Of a stretch of DNA of 46,318 bases, positions 42,781 to 46,318 are shown piece after piece. The DNA is from Candidatus Parcubacteria bacterium (lineage in GTDB: Bacteria > Patescibacteriota > Patescibacteriia > Patescibacteriales > UBA12075): NCBI GenBank assembly GCA_023137275.1, contig JAGLPO010000040.1:1-46318 (forward strand), given 5' to 3'. The number at the start of each line of letters is the position of its first letter. Within the stretch, counting starts at the first letter, position 1. The notes under the pieces were generated by a model, which was not told the DNA's origin, ran no database searches, and was given only the letters and a program-made list of their open reading frames with translations. The position numbers and the translations under genes were made by a program.

Positions 42781-43842
42781 GTGGTCGCGATGTCGGGCGG
42801 AGTGGATTCGTCGGTCGCGGCCTGTTTGCTTTTGCGCGCCGGCTACAATGTAATGGGCGTTTTTATGCGTTTGCATGATAACTACCAGGAAGCGGAAATG
42901 GCGGCTCGGGCGGTTTGCGCGAAATTGAAAATAAAATTTTATCCAATCAGCGCCAAAGAATCGTTTGAGCGCGAAGTAGTGGATTATTTTACTAAAAGCT
43001 ACATGGCCGGCATTACCCCTAACCCCTGCGTGGTTTGTAATAAAGCAATTAAATTCGGAGTTCTTTTAAAGTTAATGCAAGAATTAGAAGCAGACTATCT
43101 GGCAACAGGCCACTACGTGGCCAGACAACAGACAACAGACAACAGACAACAGAAGAAATATAACCTGCTTAAAGGTATAGACAAGGAAAAAGATCAGTCG
43201 TATTTTTTATATACACTTACGCAGGAACAGTTGAAGTATTTACTTTTTCCATTGGGTGAATATACTAAAGAAGAGATCAAAAAAATCGCCAGGCAAGAGA
43301 ATCTTCCGACGCTTAAAACCGAGAGCCAGGATGTTTGCTTTTTGGTTAATGAGGGGAAAATTGTGGAGCATAATGATTTTTTAAAGAAACGCCTTAAGCT
43401 TAAGCCGGGGGATATTAGAATTTTATCAGGAGAAAAAATCGGGGAACACAAAGGTCTGCCGCTTTATACTATTGGGCAGAGAAAAGGGGTGGAGATCGGC
43501 GGAATCGGGCCGTACTATGTCGCGCGTTGTGATTATAAAACCAATACTCTTTACGTTGTTAATGATCCGGATGATCCGGCGCTGTATAGCGATAAGTTTT
43601 TAGTGAATAACGTGAATTGGATCAGCGGTAAAGAGCCAAAAATGCCTTATGACACAAAAGTAGTGATAAGATACCGGCACTCTCCCGTAGTTTGTAAAGT
43701 CAAAAGTTGTAAAGTCAAAAGTAATAGTTATTTGGTAGAATTAAAAAAGCCAGTGCGAGCAATAACTTCGGGCCAAAGCGCGGTTTTTTATGATAATGAT
43801 GAGGTTATTGGCGGAGGTATAATATCAAATAGAGCGGATTAA
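42781..43842 (+). CDS. mnmA: tRNA-specific 2-thiouridylase MnmA
   Basis: PP-loop VAMSGGVDSSVAA. CVVCN. ATGHY. DQSYFLY. The exact start is uncertain (GTG at 42781; the conserved KKNVVV lies upstream with no start codon). Confidence 0.9.
   Translation: MVAMSGGVDSSVAACLLLRAGYNVMGVFMRLHDNYQEAEMAARAVCAKLKIKFYPISAKESFEREVVDYFTKSYMAGITPNPCVVCNKAIKFGVLLKLMQELEADYLATGHYVARQQTTDNRQQKKYNLLKGIDKEKDQSYFLYTLTQEQLKYLLFPLGEYTKEEIKKIARQENLPTLKTESQDVCFLVNEGKIVEHNDFLKKRLKLKPGDIRILSGEKIGEHKGLPLYTIGQRKGVEIGGIGPYYVARCDYKTNTLYVVNDPDDPALYSDKFLVNNVNWISGKEPKMPYDTKVVIRYRHSPVVCKVKSCKVKSNSYLVELKKPVRAITSGQSAVFYDNDEVIGGGIISNRAD
43124..43151. repeat. Perfect heptanucleotide tandem repeat (GACAACA)x4 inside mnmA
   Basis: Read directly. 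Encodes part of RQQTTDNRQQ in a variable loop after GHYVA. Confidence 0.9.
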
Positions 43843-43859
43843 AGTATATTATTTGACTA

Positions 43860-43898
43860 TTGTCAATATTGACAAAAACCGGCTTATGGTGTTATATA
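43860..43898 (+). promoter_or_regulatory. Promoter with an overlapping 16-bp perfect palindrome (TTGTCAATATTGACAA)
   Basis: TTGACA at 43869-43874 lies within the palindrome. TGT-TATATA extended -10 18 nt downstream. Confidence 0.5.
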
Positions 43899-43987
43899 TA
43901 ATATCATAAATAAAATAAAAAATAGAGGAAAGTAGGGTATAGGCAATTATACTATCTTAAAAGAATAAGGCAAAAGGAGGTGGCTTT

Positions 43988-44536
43988 ATGAAGATCGTAA
44001 TTTTGAACGGCAACCCGGTGGAAAACACTGGATTTGACAATTATTTAAAGAACCTGGCCAGTTTATTAGAGTCAAGAAATCACGTAGTAACCATCTTAAA
44101 ATTAAGGGAGATGAAGATTAAATACTGTACAGGTTTTTTTGGATGCTGGGTTAAAACACCTGGCAAATGCGTTATAAAAGATGATATGAGTAATATATGC
44201 CGTGAATACATTTGCTCTGATTTAGCACTGTTTACCTCGCCTGTTATAATGGGGTTTCCCAGCGCTTTGCTTAAAAAAGCGCATGAAAGGATAATACCAT
44301 TGCTTCATCCTTACTTTGAGTTTATTCAAAATGAAGTCCATCATTTGTCAAGGTATGACAAATACCCGTTAATAGGGCTTCTGCTTGAAAAAGAGGGTGA
44401 CACAGACGAGGAAGATATTGAAATTATCTCGGGTATCTACAGGCGGACTGCCATTAATCTTAATACTTCACTTTGTTTTGTAAAGCTTACAAGTGATTTA
44501 ATAGAGGAGGTGGCAAATGAGATTAACAGTATTTAA
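43988..44536 (+). CDS. Flavodoxin-like fold NAD(P)H-dependent FMN oxidoreductase family protein
   Basis: MKIVILNGNP start. YCTGFFGCWVKTPGKCVIKDDM motif. GGAGGTGG RBS. Confidence 0.65.
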   Translation: MKIVILNGNPVENTGFDNYLKNLASLLESRNHVVTILKLREMKIKYCTGFFGCWVKTPGKCVIKDDMSNICREYICSDLALFTSPVIMGFPSALLKKAHERIIPLLHPYFEFIQNEVHHLSRYDKYPLIGLLLEKEGDTDEEDIEIISGIYRRTAINLNTSLCFVKLTSDLIEEVANEINSI

Positions 44537-45164
44537 CGGCTCCCCGCGCGGAACAAAAAGTAATACAGACATTCTCATAAATAGCTTTTTAGATGGCTTT
44601 ATGAGAAGTGATGGGAATACTTATGAACTGGCTTATTTGAAGCGTATAAAGGAGAGTAATAACTTTATAAAGTTATTCCAGGCTACTGAACAAGTTTTGC
44701 TGGCATTCCCTCTTTATCTTGACGGCCCGCCGGCAATCGTGAAAACTTTTATAGAGTTACTTGAACCGCTTTGCGGTCGCGCTGATAACCCTGGCGTTGG
44801 GTTTATCGTACAGTCTGGTTTTCCTGAAGCAAATCACTCGCGCTGGCTTGAGCGTTATTTGAAAAAGCTGGCCAGCCGGCTTAACTGCGAGTACAAAGGC
44901 ACGGTAATCAAGGGCGGGGTTGAGGGTATTCAGGCATTGCCGGCGCTGGCAAGCAGGAAGCTTTTAAGATCTTTTTATAAACTAGGAAAGACCTTTGGTG
45001 AAACTGGTGAATTTGATCAGCAAATAGTACGTAAGTTAGCCCAGCCCGAGAGACTTACGAAATTTCAATTTTGGAGATTTAACTTATTAGGAAAGTTTTA
45101 TTGGAATACGATGCTAAGAAAAAATAAAGCATTTGGCAAAAGGTTTGATAAACCTTACAGTTAA
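44517..45164 (+). CDS. Flavodoxin-like fold NAD(P)H oxidoreductase family protein (paralogous partner)
   Basis: MRLTVFNGSPRGTKSNT start. Overlaps the upstream gene by 20 nt. GGAGGTGG RBS. Confidence 0.6.
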   Translation: MRLTVFNGSPRGTKSNTDILINSFLDGFMRSDGNTYELAYLKRIKESNNFIKLFQATEQVLLAFPLYLDGPPAIVKTFIELLEPLCGRADNPGVGFIVQSGFPEANHSRWLERYLKKLASRLNCEYKGTVIKGGVEGIQALPALASRKLLRSFYKLGKTFGETGEFDQQIVRKLAQPERLTKFQFWRFNLLGKFYWNTMLRKNKAFGKRFDKPYS

Positions 45165-45184
45165 GTATCGAGAACTGATACTGC

Positions 45185-45230
45185 GTGAACGGGAGCATAA
45201 GTAAAGCACTCACTCCCGTTCACAAAAATT
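45185..45230 (+). terminator. Intrinsic terminator
   Basis: GTGAACGGGAG ... CTCCCGTTCAC 11-bp stem followed by AAAAATTTT. Confidence 0.6.
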
Positions 45231-45482
45231 TTCAAGACAAGACATTGACAGAAACCAACTTTTATTATAATTTATATATGTGGCCAAAAGCCATATTTAT
45301 TATTTAAATTAATTAATCACACATACCTTGAATTTTATTCCTTCCCGCCTTCGCTCCATGCCTATCGGCATGAAGCTACGGCGGGCAAGCCCGCCACATT
45401 ATCGGGCAAGCAAGGTAGAGGTGTTAAGCCGCCGTTGTTTATTGCCTTTGGCAAAAACTATGGCGAGCTGAAAAAGGAAATT

Positions 45483-46172
45483 ATGACAATACCAAGTATT
45501 GAACAGATGCTTAAGGCAGGCATGCATTTTGGGCATCAAACAAGCAAATGGCACCCTAAAATGGAGCCTTTTATTTTTACCCAAAGAAACAAGGTGCATA
45601 TTATTGATTTGGTTAAATCAAAGCGTATGCTGGCTAATGCCATGGATTTTATTAATAAATTTTCCAGTGAAGGCAAATTAATTTTATTCGTGGGAACCAA
45701 AATGCAGGTAAAGCAGCCGCTTAAAAATTTGGCTGTTGACATTGAAATGCCTTATGTTATGGGAAAATGGCTGGGCGGTACCTTGACCAATTTCAGCGTT
45801 ATCAAGCGCATGATCAAGAAATATGAAGATCTGGTCTCAGACAAAAAGGCCGGCAAGCTTGATAAATACACCAAGAAAGAGCAATTGGAACTTGCCCGGG
45901 AAACAAAGAAATTAGAAGAAAGAGTAGGCGGTCTGGTAAGGCTTACCCGTTTGCCGGACGCGTTGTTTATCTGGGATATCAAAACCGAGCGAACCGCCGT
46001 GGTTGAGGCCAGGAAGAAGAATATTCCGATCATCGCGGTTTGTGATACAAATGTAAATCCGGATAATATAAATTATGTTATTCCTTCCAATGATGACGCG
46101 ACCAAGACAATTAAGTTGATCCTGGGAGTGGTTAAAGAAGCGGTTAAGGAGGGTAAAACAAAAAAGGTGTAG
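45483..46172 (+). CDS. rpsB: 30S ribosomal protein S2
   Basis: MTIPSIEQMLKAGMHFGHQTSKWHPKM... canonical S2 N-terminus. ATG at 45483 preferred over the TTG at 45435. Confidence 0.95.
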   Translation: MTIPSIEQMLKAGMHFGHQTSKWHPKMEPFIFTQRNKVHIIDLVKSKRMLANAMDFINKFSSEGKLILFVGTKMQVKQPLKNLAVDIEMPYVMGKWLGGTLTNFSVIKRMIKKYEDLVSDKKAGKLDKYTKKEQLELARETKKLEERVGGLVRLTRLPDALFIWDIKTERTAVVEARKKNIPIIAVCDTNVNPDNINYVIPSNDDATKTIKLILGVVKEAVKEGKTKKV

Positions 46173-46216
46173 TTTTTTAATTTATTTAACTCATGTTACG
46201 CGCTTATCGCGTGAAC

Positions 46217-46307
46217 AAAGTTATTATTAACATAATTTAAACAAAAACGAGGATAAAAACAAGTTTTATCTTAGCGTTTTTGTTTAAATTATGTTAATTA
46301 TAACTTT
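46217..46307. repeat. 91-nt hairpin with a ~33-bp stem (one mismatch) downstream of rpsB
   Basis: 46217-46249 pairs with 46275-46307, checked base by base. The right arm continues into a 22-nt sequence also present at 9-30. Confidence 0.85.
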
Positions 46308-46318
46308 TTCTAAGGTAA

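Noticed and set aside
1-46318. The terminal 22-nt identity as evidence that the window is a circular replicon
   Set aside because: The match is offset by 8 nt from the left end, is short, and is part of a hairpin repeat. The content (rpsB, mnmA) is chromosomal, and 46 kb cannot be a complete genome.

Overview
AT-rich bacterial window, standard genetic code, no rRNA, tRNA, CRISPR array, transposase, integrase or reverse transcriptase recognised. About 33 CDSs, all but one on the + strand. Gene content (many secreted or anchored surface proteins, GT-C glycosyltransferases) suggests an uncultivated, possibly CPR/Patescibacteria-like lineage; that is inference only. Layout: (1) 82-4608, two GT39/ArnT-like membrane glycosyltransferases and a secreted hydrolase-like protein preceded by a 7-bp tandem repeat. 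(2) 5266-7763, secreted subtilisin and secreted caspase-like protease. (3) 8215-9495, a TIR/NDT-like protein bracketed by ~165-bp direct repeats carrying five 11-bp-phased TTCTTTAT boxes. (4) 9925-18809, an exopolysaccharide block: nucleotide-sugar dehydrogenase, HasA-like processive GT2, a frame-split polysaccharide deacetylase, lectin-like and Cys-rich secreted proteins. (5) 18952-21633, large surface protein with an LAESG + TM + basic-tail sorting signal. (6) 21849-23089, a zinc-ribbon ORF followed by ~1 kb of non-coding DNA packed with long hairpin elements. (7) 23090-33293, a higher-GC cluster of secreted proteins built from an uncharacterised ANTGxN...TGD module (one fused to vWA), a repeat-rich 1049-aa protein and a sortase. 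(8) 33301-41034, a 7.7-kb insertion bounded by a duplicated sortase 3' end, carrying an AbrB-like regulator, a 1962-aa Kelch-LamG-lipase protein and an AbiEi/AbiEii pair. (9) 41369-46172, CAP-domain protein with a structured leader, mnmA, two flavodoxin-like oxidoreductases and rpsB. Functional calls rest on motifs read by eye and need HMM or structure confirmation.
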